From an uncultured bacterium (GTDB lineage Bacteria; Caldisericota; JANLFM01), in the NCBI GenBank assembly GCA_964464245.1, contig CAYXFH010000145.1, positions 1 through 54,891 on the forward strand: DNA of 54,891 nt, read 5' to 3'. The first letter of the stretch is position 1; the number at the start of each line of letters is the position of its first letter. Of the stretch, positions 45,307-54,713 are shown one piece after another. The notes under the pieces are model-generated. The model had not been told where the DNA came from and did no database searches. It worked only from the letters and a program-made list of their open reading frames with translations. Position numbers and translations under genes: made by a program.

Positions 45307-46071
45307 CTACAGGCGAGAGATAAATGAAATGCCAATGCGCTCACAGACTATTACTGGGAGGTACAGAGTCCCTTCATACAAGACGCCTTCAATTTCCTCC
45401 CCATCGCGCAGTCGAAGAGTGTAACGGCCGTTGGGAGGAAGGATCTTCTTCCGATCCACCAGCTCGTAGCCGTGATTATCCCCCACTGCTCGAAATTTGG
45501 CATGGTATGGGCTGCCAAGTAGGGTATTGGCTTGTTCCACCGCACCCTCCAGGAGCAATTGACGGATCCAGGAGGCGGAGATGGTCGTACCTGCCTTATC
45601 TTTCAGTAATGGTAAAACCGTTACCGTGAACCCTAACCTTTGGCCGATGGCCTGTAATGAAATTGGGCTTCCTTCTCCTTTCCAACCGTATGTGAAATTC
45701 TCTCCGACGACGATGATTGCCGGTCGAGACCAAGACAACAACCTTTCGGCGAAATATCCGGCTGGATAGGCTGCAATCTCCGGGGTAAACGAAAGCAGGA
45801 AAAGCACTTCGATTCCCAACTCCAGGAAGCGCTCCACTTTCTCTTCCAGGGAGAGCAGTGGCTGAAACTGGTCTTCTCGCCATAAGTCGGGGGGGGGCGG
45901 GTCAAAGGTCAGCGCTGCAGGCGCCAGTGATCGAGTCAAAGCAACTCGATGGACTTCCGCAATCAACGCCAGGTGGCCGCAGTGCAGACCGTCAAAGACC
46001 CCGATCCCCAGCGCTGTCTCGCGTTTCCCGGGTGGACCGGGTAAACGCCGCACTTCCATTAGGGTAGGCAC
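45307..46071 (-). CDS. ribF: FAD synthetase (RibF family) with a shortened, degenerate riboflavin kinase module
   Basis: 254 aa. The FMN adenylyltransferase part is recognisable (GVFDGLHCGHLAL, TFDP, IVVGENFTYG, ISASWIRQLL). Only about 70 aa follow LLGSPY, and I cannot find a PTAN-type kinase motif. Confidence 0.8.
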   Translation of the reverse strand: MPTLMEVRRLPGPPGKRETALGIGVFDGLHCGHLALIAEVHRVALTRSLAPAALTFDPPPPDLWREDQFQPLLSLEEKVERFLELGIEVLFLLSFTPEIAAYPAGYFAERLLSWSRPAIIVVGENFTYGWKGEGSPISLQAIGQRLGFTVTVLPLLKDKAGTTISASWIRQLLLEGAVEQANTLLGSPYHAKFRAVGDNHGYELVDRKKILPPNGRYTLRLRDGEEIEGVLYEGTLYLPVIVCERIGISFISRL

Positions 46072-46922
46072 TCCGCTACCAAGAGGTGTTCTTCCTGCCT
46101 CTTACCCAGTCCGATGAAGCGCCCGCGGCGGTCTTGGACACGGAAGAACTGCCCCGTGCCTTGGAGCGAGGCGGAAATGCCCCTCCCATTCATGAAGGAA
46201 GACAAATCCCGCTCGGGAACCACTTCCAACGGCAAGTGCTGGAGAGCCGACTCGATCGGTAGAAGCGGCCATGGACTACTCTCCAGATCACGAAGGGTAC
46301 TGCTCTCTTCAAGGCGATAGTTGGAGGATCGCAACCGGATGATAAAACGGGCGCAGGCTGGAAGGCCGAGCGCTGCGCCGATGTCTTTGGCCAGAGTTCG
46401 GACGTAAGTGCCGCCAGAGCACCGCAACAATAGGCGAGCCCGGGGATATTTACCTAACAAAAAATCTAAGAAGCGCAGCGAGTAGATATGAACCTTGGTC
46501 GTCTTCTGCGCCGAGGGTTCCCGTCCCGCCATGGCCAATTGGTACAACCGCTTGCCATCTTGGTGTTTGGCCGAGAAGAGAGGCACCTCTTGCACCAGTG
46601 CGCCGATGAAGCGAGTTAACACTTCTTCCACGACGGTTCGCTCGATTATTGCTCCTGTATCCTTGACAATCTCACCCCACAAGTCTCCAGTGTCTGTCTG
46701 TAAGCCAAAGATCACCTCGAAGAGGTATTCTTTCTCGGCGAGCAGGTACGGAAGAAATTTGGTCGCTCTTTCCACCGCTACAACAAGGACCCCGCAGGCG
46801 GGCAGGTCGAGCGTTCCGCTGTGCCCCAGTTTGAGCTTGGGCTGTCCTCCGCGCAAGGCGCGAAGTACATCAAATGAAGTCATTCCGGGGGGTTTGAGGA
46901 GGTTGAGAAATCCGCTAGGCAT
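46059..46922 (-). CDS. truB: tRNA pseudouridine(55) synthase TruB
   Basis: 287 aa with GFLNLLKPPGMTSFDVL and HSGTLDLPACGVLVV (catalytic Asp). Confidence 0.93.
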   Translation of the reverse strand: MPSGFLNLLKPPGMTSFDVLRALRGGQPKLKLGHSGTLDLPACGVLVVAVERATKFLPYLLAEKEYLFEVIFGLQTDTGDLWGEIVKDTGAIIERTVVEEVLTRFIGALVQEVPLFSAKHQDGKRLYQLAMAGREPSAQKTTKVHIYSLRFLDFLLGKYPRARLLLRCSGGTYVRTLAKDIGAALGLPACARFIIRLRSSNYRLEESSTLRDLESSPWPLLPIESALQHLPLEVVPERDLSSFMNGRGISASLQGTGQFFRVQDRRGRFIGLGKRQEEHLLVAECLP

Positions 46923-47862
46923 CTTTCAGCAACTCCCGAAACGCCTCCAATAGACGCTGCTGCACCTGGCGGTAGTCGCCTTCCAGTCGGCAACCACTGG
47001 CGGCGGCATGCCCTCCCCCATGAAAAAGCCGCGCTACCTGGCTGACGTCGACCGTTCCATGGGATCTCAAGCTAACTTTGAAATGCTGTGGCTCAGTCTC
47101 CTTGAAAAGAGCGTAGACGATGGGATCGGGCCATCTTCGCCACTCGTTCATCAGGATGTCCGAGTCGTACTCCTCCCCTACCCCGCTCTCGAACGGCAAA
47201 CAAGCGCAAGCCATTCCCTCCAGGCACTCCAAAGAGGACATGGCCCGCGCGAAATAACGAATGTCGCGTTCGCTCCAGCGATTGAAAAAGAGGTTGGCCA
47301 ATTGGTCGGGATGGGCGCCTTTGCTCACCAGGCGAGCAGCCAGCTCCAAAGTGCGGGCGCTGGTATTGGGGAATTGGAAGCCATTAGTGTCGGCCAGAAT
47401 AGCGTAGTACCAACAGGCGCAGGCTTGTTGCGGAATGTTTATCTCGTCAAGGAAAAGAGAAGCCAAGATCTCTCCAGTGGAGGAGGCCTTCGGCTCGCAC
47501 CAAGAGAAATCAGCGGGGAGATCGCTGCCGGGGTGATGATCAATGGAGATCATCCCGCGGTATCCTTCTAGGGAGAGCGGGACGCGCTCCCTGCCTCCGG
47601 CATCTAAGATGGCTAACGTGAAGGAAGCAGGGTTGGCCGGCGGCGCGTGGAGAGAGGGAAGGCCGGCTGCTAATGCGTCATATTTTGCTTCGAGGGGGTG
47701 GGGGAAAAAAACGAAAACTTCCTTGCCCCACGACCGCAAAATGTGACCTAGGCCCAGCAAGCTCCCGACGGCGTCCCCGTCTGGCCCTTCATGAGTGGCG
47801 AGGAGGAAAGAAGAAGACCGGTCAATGATCTGGGCAAGCAGGGTCGGGAGGATGGGTCTCAT
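46915..47862 (-). CDS. nrnA: DHH/DHHA1 family phosphoesterase (NrnA-like oligoribonuclease / pAp phosphatase)
   Basis: 315 aa with ATHEGPDGDAVGS, SIDHHPG and HGGGHAAASG. Confidence 0.88.
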   Translation of the reverse strand: MRPILPTLLAQIIDRSSSFLLATHEGPDGDAVGSLLGLGHILRSWGKEVFVFFPHPLEAKYDALAAGLPSLHAPPANPASFTLAILDAGGRERVPLSLEGYRGMISIDHHPGSDLPADFSWCEPKASSTGEILASLFLDEINIPQQACACWYYAILADTNGFQFPNTSARTLELAARLVSKGAHPDQLANLFFNRWSERDIRYFARAMSSLECLEGMACACLPFESGVGEEYDSDILMNEWRRWPDPIVYALFKETEPQHFKVSLRSHGTVDVSQVARLFHGGGHAAASGCRLEGDYRQVQQRLLEAFRELLKDA

Positions 47863-48208
47863 TCTCCTCTTCTAATCGTCTCAGGAGCTGTTGAACCTGC
47901 ATCGCCTTTTCCAGGGAATCATCATAAACGATCTGCACATGGGGGGCGAAGCGCATCTGCAAGTGTTCCGCAACGCGCTTCTGGAGAAAGCCCTGCGCCT
48001 TCGTCAGTCCTTCTATAGTGCGCTGTATCTGCTCCGCGGCGCCCAGCACCGAGAAAAAGACCTTTACCGACCGTCCGTCCGGAGTCATCTCCACTTTTGT
48101 GATCGTGACAAATCCCACACGAGGGTCTTTTAACTCTCGGTGGATCACTGTGGCGATTAACTCGCGGATCGCCTCTTGTAATTTCTCTCGCCGGAGAGGA
48201 CTGACCAT
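47822..48208 (-). CDS. rbfA: Ribosome-binding factor A
   Basis: I chose the start at 48208 (MVSPLRREKLQEAIRELIATVIHRELKDPRVGFVTITKVEMTPDGRSVKVFFSVLG). The longer track ORF would overlap the upstream gene. Confidence 0.92.
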   Translation of the reverse strand: MVSPLRREKLQEAIRELIATVIHRELKDPRVGFVTITKVEMTPDGRSVKVFFSVLGAAEQIQRTIEGLTKAQGFLQKRVAEHLQMRFAPHVQIVYDDSLEKAMQVQQLLRRLEEENETHPPDPACPDH

Positions 48209-48215
48209 GCCGGTT

Positions 48216-48494
48216 TCAGAGAACCTCGTAGGTAGAGGAAAGAACCTGAATCGAGGGGTCTCCTTCAAAGGTTCGCAGCAAAGCGGCGAAGGTCTCCTCT
48301 ACCGCAGTTTGGCTGGTCCCTACCCAGGCCGCTTCCAAGCGGGAGCGCTGCCAACTGTCTTGCCTCTCAACCTCGCAAAGGGAGACGTTGAAATGTTTTC
48401 CAATTCTCTGCATCATACTGGAGAGAACCTGGCGTTTATCTTTAAGGGAATGGCTGCCGGGAATGAGCAGCTCGACTTCACCCCAACCGACCAC
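48216..48494 (-). CDS. DUF503 family protein (YlxP-like)
   Basis: I chose the GTG start at 48494, 1 nt after the infB stop codon. It has VELLIPGSHSLKDKRQVLSSMMQRI, typical of DUF503. It holds the conserved position between infB and rbfA. Confidence 0.8.
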   Translation of the reverse strand: MVGWGEVELLIPGSHSLKDKRQVLSSMMQRIGKHFNVSLCEVERQDSWQRSRLEAAWVGTSQTAVEETFAALLRTFEGDPSIQVLSSTYEVL

Positions 48495-48495
48495 T

Positions 48496-50433
48496 TCAAA
48501 CCTGCTGCAAGGTGTAAAATTCCAACAGATCGCCTTCGCGGAGATCGGTCGCTTTGTCCAAGCCGATTCCGCATTCGTACCCGCTGGCCACGTCGCGGAC
48601 ATCTTCTTTGAAGCGTCGCAGGGAAGTAACCTTGGTTTCACCGACTACGATGTTGTCTCGCACCACGCGAGCCTTGGAGTTGCGCTCGACTTTGCCATCC
48701 TGAATATATGAACCGGCAATGAAACCCAGCTTGGGTACCCGGAAGAGCTTACGGATCACCGCTCGCCCCACCGTTTTCTCCTCGATGCGGGGCTCGCAAC
48801 GCCCGCGTACGCATCCTTCCAAGTCAGTCACCAACTCGTAGATGAGATCATAAGTGCGGATCTCGATGTCCTCGCGCTCGCTGGCCTTTCTTGCCATGGA
48901 ATCCGGCCGTACGTTGAAGCCGAGCACCATCGAAGCCGTGACCGAGGCCAGATCGATATCCGATTCCGTAATCGCCCCTACGCCAGCATGCATTGTCTCG
49001 ATCTCCATCTCGGTGGATTTTACCTTGCTGATGGCCACCAGCAAGGCATCCAGCGTGCCCTGGGAATCAGCCTTGAGGACCAGTGGAAACTTATTGCTCT
49101 CTTTCTGAAAGGCTTTGAAGAGCCTATCGGTGGAGCGGAAATCCTTTCCTTGCGGCTGGCTCTCAGCGCTGCGCTGCAACTTAAGATCCTTAGTCGTCTG
49201 GAAACGCACTCCAGGGCGGGGAACCGCTTCCAGGCCGACGATTTCAACCGCTGTGGAGGGACCGGCTTGTTTGAGACGCTCTCCCATGGCGTTGATGATG
49301 GAACGTACTTTGCCACCCGTCTCCCCTACTTGCAGGATATCCCCAACACGAAGAAGACCTCCTTGTACGATCACAGCCGCCACTGGCCCCAGGCCTCTGT
49401 CCAACCTGGCTTCAATTACCGTGCCGAAAACGGCGGCGTTGGGTGAGGTTTTCAATTCTTGCACCTCGGCCAAAAGCGAGATCATCTCCAGGAGCTTGTC
49501 GACACCCTCCCCTTTCTTGGCTGACAGGGGTACGTAAATAGTCTCCCCACCCCATTCCTCAGGAACCAGGCCAAGGTCCGAGAGCTGTTGTTTGACCCGG
49601 TCGGGGTTCGCCGCTTCTTTGTCCATTTTGTTCAGAGCAACGATGATGGAAACCTTGGCGGCTTTGGCGTGATTGAGCGCTTCCACAGTCTGGGGCATGA
49701 CCCCTTCGTCGGCCGCAACTACCAGAACGGCGATATCGGTCACCTTGGCGCCCTGAGCTCGCATGGCGGTGAAGGCTTCATGCCCGGGTGTGTCGATGAA
49801 GACGATGCGCTGCCCTTTGAACTGGATCTCCGATGCGCCGATCTTTTGGGTGATCCCACCTTTTTCCTTCTCTGCCACCGAGGAATGACGGATCGCGTCC
49901 AGGAGCGTGGTCTTTCCGTGGTCTACATGACCCAATACGGTGACGACAGGAGCTCTACCGACCCAATCCTTCGTTTCATTCGAGGGCAGAGGGGCAAACT
50001 TGGCGCTCTTGTCGCTGGATTCCATACTGGGGCTTGCTGTGGCTGGCAGCGTTCCAGCGCTGGGGACCAATGCTTTCAACAGCTCTTTACCCTTTTGGCT
50101 GAGTGGCTGGGTGATTGTAACCATCTCGCCCTTCTTCCGGAGGTATTCGGCTACCTGGGCTGGTTCAAGGTGGTAGAGCTTGGCGAAATCCCCCACAGAA
50201 GCAGGAATGGTCGGGGCGGCAACCGCCTGGGCTGCGTCCACCTCGCTGATCGGCTCCGATTCAAGCTGTATGGGGCGTTCGGCCAAGATCTCCTGCACTA
50301 ACTTGGCCATCTCATCTTCAATAGTCGAGGCGTGGGTTTTCGCCTCCACGCCAAGCTCTTTAAGAATGGACAGCAGTTGAGCGCTGGAGATGTTCAACTC
50401 CTTGGCTAATTCATAGATTCGTTTCTTCGGCAC
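48496..50433 (-). CDS. infB: Translation initiation factor IF-2
   Basis: 645 aa with an N-terminal [14 protein letters not shown] and G-domain motifs [20 protein letters not shown] and NKMD. Confidence 0.96.
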   Translation of the reverse strand: MPKKRIYELAKELNISSAQLLSILKELGVEAKTHASTIEDEMAKLVQEILAERPIQLESEPISEVDAAQAVAAPTIPASVGDFAKLYHLEPAQVAEYLRKKGEMVTITQPLSQKGKELLKALVPSAGTLPATASPSMESSDKSAKFAPLPSNETKDWVGRAPVVTVLGHVDHGKTTLLDAIRHSSVAEKEKGGITQKIGASEIQFKGQRIVFIDTPGHEAFTAMRAQGAKVTDIAVLVVAADEGVMPQTVEALNHAKAAKVSIIVALNKMDKEAANPDRVKQQLSDLGLVPEEWGGETIYVPLSAKKGEGVDKLLEMISLLAEVQELKTSPNAAVFGTVIEARLDRGLGPVAAVIVQGGLLRVGDILQVGETGGKVRSIINAMGERLKQAGPSTAVEIVGLEAVPRPGVRFQTTKDLKLQRSAESQPQGKDFRSTDRLFKAFQKESNKFPLVLKADSQGTLDALLVAISKVKSTEMEIETMHAGVGAITESDIDLASVTASMVLGFNVRPDSMARKASEREDIEIRTYDLIYELVTDLEGCVRGRCEPRIEEKTVGRAVIRKLFRVPKLGFIAGSYIQDGKVERNSKARVVRDNIVVGETKVTSLRRFKEDVRDVASGYECGIGLDKATDLREGDLLEFYTLQQV

Positions 50434-50708
50434 GGTTTAACCTCCTGTCCGTTCTTAATGGACTCCCGCAACTGCGTCAGGAGTTCTTCGGGGAGACGAG
50501 CTCCGATCTTCCTTTCAAAGTTCCTGTTCTTCAGCGCACGCTCCAAACATGCCTGCCGGCGGCATAAGTAAAAACCACGGCCGGGCTTCTTTCCTACCAA
50601 GTCAAGGGATAAGTCGCCCTGCGGGGAACGAGCGATGCGCAGTAGTTCTCTTTTGGCGAAAACCCCGCTACAACCCGAACATGTTCGCAGGGGTAGACGC
50701 GTACTCAT
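50406..50708 (-). CDS. ylxR: YlxR family (DUF448) RNA-binding protein
   Basis: 100 aa with RTCSGCSGVFAKRELLRI...GRGFYLCRRQACLERALK. It lies between nusA and infB. Confidence 0.88.
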   Translation of the reverse strand: MSTRLPLRTCSGCSGVFAKRELLRIARSPQGDLSLDLVGKKPGRGFYLCRRQACLERALKNRNFERKIGARLPEELLTQLRESIKNGQEVKPCRRNESMN

Positions 50709-51754
50709 TTAACCCCCTCGGATTGGATGTCGATCTTCCAGTTGGTTAGCTTGGCGGCCAAGCGGGCGTTCTGCCCTTCTTTACCGATGGCCAGGGAGAG
50801 CTGATCTGGCGCGACCCAGACTTTCGCCGTCCTAGCCTTCTCGTCCAGTTGCACGCGGGAGATCTTGGCCGGGCTGAGGGCATTGGCGATAAACTCCTGG
50901 GAATCCTTGGAATAGCGGATGATGTCGATTCGCTCCCCCCGCAGCTCTCGTACGATTGCTTGGATTCGCACCCCTTTCGGGCCGACGCAGGCGCCAACCG
51001 GGTCGATCTTCTCCTCTCGAGAGCTTACAGCTACCTTTGAACGCATCCCTGGTTCGCGAGCGATGCTCTTGATCTCGACGCGTCCTTCAAAGATTTCCGG
51101 GACTTCCAACTCGAAGAGCCGGAGCACCAGGTTGGGGTGAGCCCGCGAGACGATCAATTCCGGTCCCCGCTTGGATTGCAACACGGATGCGAGGTAGATG
51201 CGGTAGTGCCCATTCATCTCGTAGCGCTCGCCTGGAACCTGCTCCTTCTGCATGAGGACTGCCTCGGCTCTCCCCAAGTCAATGAAAATAGTGGTTCCCT
51301 CCCGACGCCGGATCACCCCCACCAGCATCTCTCCCTCTTTGTCGAGGAATTCTTGGAAAGCTGCTTCCCGCTCAGCTTCTTTGATCTTCTGAAATACGAC
51401 CTGTTTTGCTGTCTGTGCGGCCAATCGGCCAAAGTCCTTGGGTGTTATCTCTTGTTTGATGATGTCGCCCAATTGAGCCTCCGGCACGATTTGATGGGCT
51501 TCCTCTAAAGAAATGGAGGCGAACTTATTCTCCACCAATTCAACGACATCTTTTTGGGCGAAGACGTGAATCTCACCAGTCTTCACATTGAGATCAACGA
51601 GGACGTTCTGACTGGCTCCGTAATCTTTTCTGTAAGCGGTGGTGAGCGCTACTTCAATAGCCTCAATCAAGGACTCCTTGCTGATTCCCTTCTCTCTCTC
51701 GATCTGTTCGAGGGCGAGGATCAACTCTTTTGACACGACTGCCTCCCCCCTCAA
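50705..51754 (-). CDS. nusA: Transcription termination/antitermination factor NusA
   Basis: 349 aa with an N-terminal domain, S1, and two KH domains (DPVGACVGPKGVRIQAIVREL; LAIGKEGQNARLAAKLTNWKIDI). Confidence 0.95.
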   Translation of the reverse strand: MRGEAVVSKELILALEQIEREKGISKESLIEAIEVALTTAYRKDYGASQNVLVDLNVKTGEIHVFAQKDVVELVENKFASISLEEAHQIVPEAQLGDIIKQEITPKDFGRLAAQTAKQVVFQKIKEAEREAAFQEFLDKEGEMLVGVIRRREGTTIFIDLGRAEAVLMQKEQVPGERYEMNGHYRIYLASVLQSKRGPELIVSRAHPNLVLRLFELEVPEIFEGRVEIKSIAREPGMRSKVAVSSREEKIDPVGACVGPKGVRIQAIVRELRGERIDIIRYSKDSQEFIANALSPAKISRVQLDEKARTAKVWVAPDQLSLAIGKEGQNARLAAKLTNWKIDIQSEGVK

Positions 51755-52197
51755 CGGTAGACCAAGCGGGCTTTCTCAATCAGAGGGATGGGCAAAGCCC
51801 GTTGCCGTCCATCGACCTCTAGGAGCAGCGATTCGCCTTCTACGCCCTCCAGGATTCCAGTGTAAAGATCCTCTCCCTCGATCTTCTGGTTAAGACGGAT
51901 CTGAGCCTCGCGCCCGTGAAAAAGGGTGAACTCCTCCGGGTCTCTGATCTCCCGCTCAAGCCCTGGGGAGGAGACCTCCATCCGATAGCGGGAGGGAAAA
52001 AGATCGTCTAGCTCGTTGCCGAGCAGCCTCGAAACCCGTTGACAGTCATCCAGAGAGATCCCTTCCGGGGAAAAGATGATCAACCGTACGACTGGCTCTC
52101 GCTTGCCCACGATGATCACATCCAATAGCCTATAACCTGCCTTCAACAGCATAGGCTGGGCGCGGATCTCTATCGAATTCAGCGTCTTTTTCTCCAT
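51751..52197 (-). CDS. rimP: Ribosome maturation factor RimP
   Basis: 148 aa with YRMEVSSPGLEREI. It lies immediately upstream of nusA with a 4-nt overlap. Confidence 0.9.
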   Translation of the reverse strand: MEKKTLNSIEIRAQPMLLKAGYRLLDVIIVGKREPVVRLIIFSPEGISLDDCQRVSRLLGNELDDLFPSRYRMEVSSPGLEREIRDPEEFTLFHGREAQIRLNQKIEGEDLYTGILEGVEGESLLLEVDGRQRALPIPLIEKARLVYR

Positions 52198-52202
52198 CCT
52201 GG

Positions 52203-52232
52203 GAACGAAAAGAGTGGGCCAACCCCACTCTT
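52203..52232 (-). terminator. Rho-independent terminator downstream of the transferase-fusion gene
   Basis: The 9-bp stem AAGAGTGGG (52210..52218) pairs with CCCACTCTT (52224..52232). On the minus strand it is followed by TTTCGTT. Confidence 0.6.
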
Positions 52233-52267
52233 ATCCAAATGAAGTATAGGGAGATTTGAAGGGACCG

Positions 52268-53641
52268 TCAACGAGAATGGAAGAGAGTTACGGGATCCCT
52301 ATCAAGTAGGCGGAGGATCCCGATTGGGGTTTGCTCGACATCCTGACCAAGAGGATTGTCTTTCATCAAAGCCAATACGATCCGCTTGTCCGCTCCGCGT
52401 GATGCGCCGCAAATTTCACATCCGCCGATGTCGTTGACGTCTAATATGGCTACCCGGCATCCGAAGAGTTGGTCCATCTCCTGACAGACTCGAGCGGGTT
52501 CTTTTGGCCCCAACACCGCGTGACCACGCAACATCCCATAAGGAGCGTCTCCGTCGATCCATGCTGCTTGCCGCCCGGCTACTCGGTAGAAAAGACCCTT
52601 GATCCCCAGCAGTTTCCCCACTGCACCGAAGGCTGCAGCCAGGAGAATGCGCCAAGTACCGCACTCGTGTAAGGCCAACTGCATGGTCAGAGGGCTGCCC
52701 AGGCCGATCCCATGAGGAGTCTTCGTTACCTTCCCGGCCAGCCAAATAGCTAAGCGAGTGGGGTGGATTGACTCGGAGGGAACCAGGCGGTTCTGGGTAG
52801 CGGCAACCATCTTCTCAGAGAGAACCAATGTGTCGCTCGATTGGAGGAATTTCCCGGCATACCTTGCCACTTGTTCCTGTAAGCCATCAGGAGGCTTGAT
52901 CTCGTGGGTGCGGATAGGGATCCTTATGTACGCATGCGTGTCAACGGTAAGGATAGCTTCACGCAGCATGGGGACAGATTTGAAATCTGTCCCCATGCTG
53001 CGGCAGGTCTGATCGTCTCCCACAGGAAAAACTTCCTCTCCTTCTGGGCGCTTGTGGAAGCGACGCTTGGCTTCCTCTTTCAACTCCTTGCCTTCCGGAG
53101 TTTGGAAAATGCGGATCACGTAGATCGCACCGGTGTAAAGGTAGATGGCGAAACAGATGTAAAAGAGGAGAACGGCATAAGGGACTTCGATGACCACCAG
53201 AGCAAGGCTCAACATAAAAAGACCGGTGGAGAACTTGCCGACTTTGGTTTCGGTGAGGATCCGCTTGTGTTGGGCGGTGAGGATGAACATGGTGATGAGT
53301 AGGATCAAGTCTCGCGCAGCGAAGAAGGCGAAGATACTCCAAGGCAGATACTGGGCAATACATAAGGAAATGAAAGCGGCGCCACCCAAGAGCTTATCGG
53401 CAGTGGGGTCAAGGATCTTTCCGAGCCTGCTCTCTTGCTTGAACCGGCGCGCCAGATAGCCGTCCAAATAATCGGAGAAGGTGGCCAAGAGGATGACCAG
53501 GAAAGCCGCCAGCGAATTTCGCGCAAGGATAAAGATGACCAACGGCGCCACGGCTGCCAGACGGAAGATGGTGAGTAGATTGGGGATCGTCAACACCTCA
53601 AATACGCTTCGCCTTTCGTTTGATTCCTTGTACGAGCCCAT
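52268..53641 (-). CDS. Fusion ORF: N-terminal CDP-alcohol phosphatidyltransferase (PgsA-like) plus C-terminal CofE-like (F420-0:gamma-glutamyl ligase family) domain
   Basis: 457 aa. The N-terminus has IPNLLTIFRL and DYLDGYLARRFKQESRLGKILDPTADKLL (the D-G-x2-A-R...G-x3-D-x3-D motif) plus TM helices. The C-terminus has LVLSEKMVAATQNRLV and DNPLGQDVEQTPIGILR, which resemble the F420_ligase family. An alternative start is GTG at 53596. Confidence 0.65.
   Translation of the reverse strand: MGSYKESNERRSVFEVLTIPNLLTIFRLAAVAPLVIFILARNSLAAFLVILLATFSDYLDGYLARRFKQESRLGKILDPTADKLLGGAAFISLCIAQYLPWSIFAFFAARDLILLITMFILTAQHKRILTETKVGKFSTGLFMLSLALVVIEVPYAVLLFYICFAIYLYTGAIYVIRIFQTPEGKELKEEAKRRFHKRPEGEEVFPVGDDQTCRSMGTDFKSVPMLREAILTVDTHAYIRIPIRTHEIKPPDGLQEQVARYAGKFLQSSDTLVLSEKMVAATQNRLVPSESIHPTRLAIWLAGKVTKTPHGIGLGSPLTMQLALHECGTWRILLAAAFGAVGKLLGIKGLFYRVAGRQAAWIDGDAPYGMLRGHAVLGPKEPARVCQEMDQLFGCRVAILDVNDIGGCEICGASRGADKRIVLALMKDNPLGQDVEQTPIGILRLLDRDPVTLFHSR
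52961..53001. repeat. 41-bp perfect palindrome (20-bp arms, 1-nt centre) CGCAGCATGGGGACAGATTT-G-AAATCTGTCCCCATGCTGCG
   Basis: I verified the arms by hand. It lies in the linker between the two domains of the fusion ORF and encodes RSMGTDFKSVPMLR. Confidence 0.97.
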
Positions 53642-54713
53642 GCTCGGCCCAGATCAGACTGGCTCCTATTCTACTCCCCCATCCCCCACGTCGAACTAAA
53701 AGTCGCTGGTTGACGGCGACCTGTGGTTTCCAGTGCATCTTGTAATCCTCCAAACCCCTGAGGAAATCAAAAGTCAGGCAACCCTCCTCAATGGCCCGGC
53801 GGATGGCCTCAACCTGGAGGATGAATCCGGGGCCATAGCGGGAGAAACGGTCATCTTGCGCGCAGAGGTAGAATGAAAAGCGTTTGCCGAAAGAATAGCC
53901 GTAAAGAAATGCCACCGGTCGCCCGTCGACGAGGAGGGTGTAGAGCCGCAAAGCTCGCCCCAACAAGGACTTCGCCACTCGTGCATGGAAAAGGCGAAAA
54001 CCCGGCAGGAGGAACGAGGAGGGGACCCCTTTGCGCAGCCAGCGGTGCACATTGAGAGAAGCCAAAGTATCCAACCGGTCCTGCAAGTTCCCCTGGTCAG
54101 CTTCCTCGATCGACCATTGATAGTCGCGGCTGAGCATCCGGGGGTAATACTTGATCTTGTCGCGACGCTTCTTGCTATAACCGCCCAAGAACTCCTCCCA
54201 AGTGGTGGGCAGGGTCAGGTAGGGTAGCTTACTCTGCAAAGAAACTTGCGTCATACGTGAGGAAAGAGAGGCGTGTAGGCGTTGGGAGATGGGATCGTCC
54301 ACCGGCAATTCCCGAAGATCGCAGAGTTGCCAGCCCGTATGCTCGTCGAGAGCTTGAAATAATTCGCGAGAGAAGGCGTCCTCCTTCCCGGGGCGAACGA
54401 TGAAACCATGACGATCCGATACGCCGGCCCCGAGAAAGGTAATCCGTTCAAGGCCGAAAAATGAAGTACTGCAGAGGGGAGCCAGTCCAGCCAAACCGTC
54501 ATGATCGTAATAGGCCAGGATACAGGGTCGTTTGCCGGCTCCGAATACTGCCAGCCACGCGTCCAGCCATTCCCAGCTACGGAAGAAGTCTGGGGTGGAG
54601 GAAGCCAAAAGGAAAGAGTTCCAGGAGCCTTTCAGTTCCCGGAGGGAATCGACTCGATCCCAACCAGTCGATACACTATTCACTTTGACTGGCCTCAATG
54701 GTTCGTTCGTCAA
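53598..54713 (-). CDS. GNAT-fold acyltransferase of the CelD/BcsL / FemAB-like (Acetyltransf_6) type
   Basis: 371 aa. SWEWLDAWLAVFG near the N-terminus and LTFDFLRGLEDYKMHW near the C-terminus match my recollection of this family. An alternative start is GTG at 54683. Confidence 0.65.
   Translation of the reverse strand: MTNEPLRPVKVNSVSTGWDRVDSLRELKGSWNSFLLASSTPDFFRSWEWLDAWLAVFGAGKRPCILAYYDHDGLAGLAPLCSTSFFGLERITFLGAGVSDRHGFIVRPGKEDAFSRELFQALDEHTGWQLCDLRELPVDDPISQRLHASLSSRMTQVSLQSKLPYLTLPTTWEEFLGGYSKKRRDKIKYYPRMLSRDYQWSIEEADQGNLQDRLDTLASLNVHRWLRKGVPSSFLLPGFRLFHARVAKSLLGRALRLYTLLVDGRPVAFLYGYSFGKRFSFYLCAQDDRFSRYGPGFILQVEAIRRAIEEGCLTFDFLRGLEDYKMHWKPQVAVNQRLLVRRGGWGSRIGASLIWAEHGLVQGIKRKAKRI

Noticed and set aside
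52231-52239. TTATCCAAA, a one-mismatch DnaA-box-like 9-mer upstream of rimP.
   Set aside because: It is a single isolated near-match with no cluster of boxes or AT-rich unwinding element. That is insufficient to suggest an origin or DnaA regulation.
52930-52939. ACGCATGCGT 10-mer as an independent third copy of the rnj palindromic element.
   Set aside because: It shares only the 10-nt core. A single 10-mer palindrome could be chance. It is noted in the 41-bp palindrome finding as context and not called as a repeat feature.
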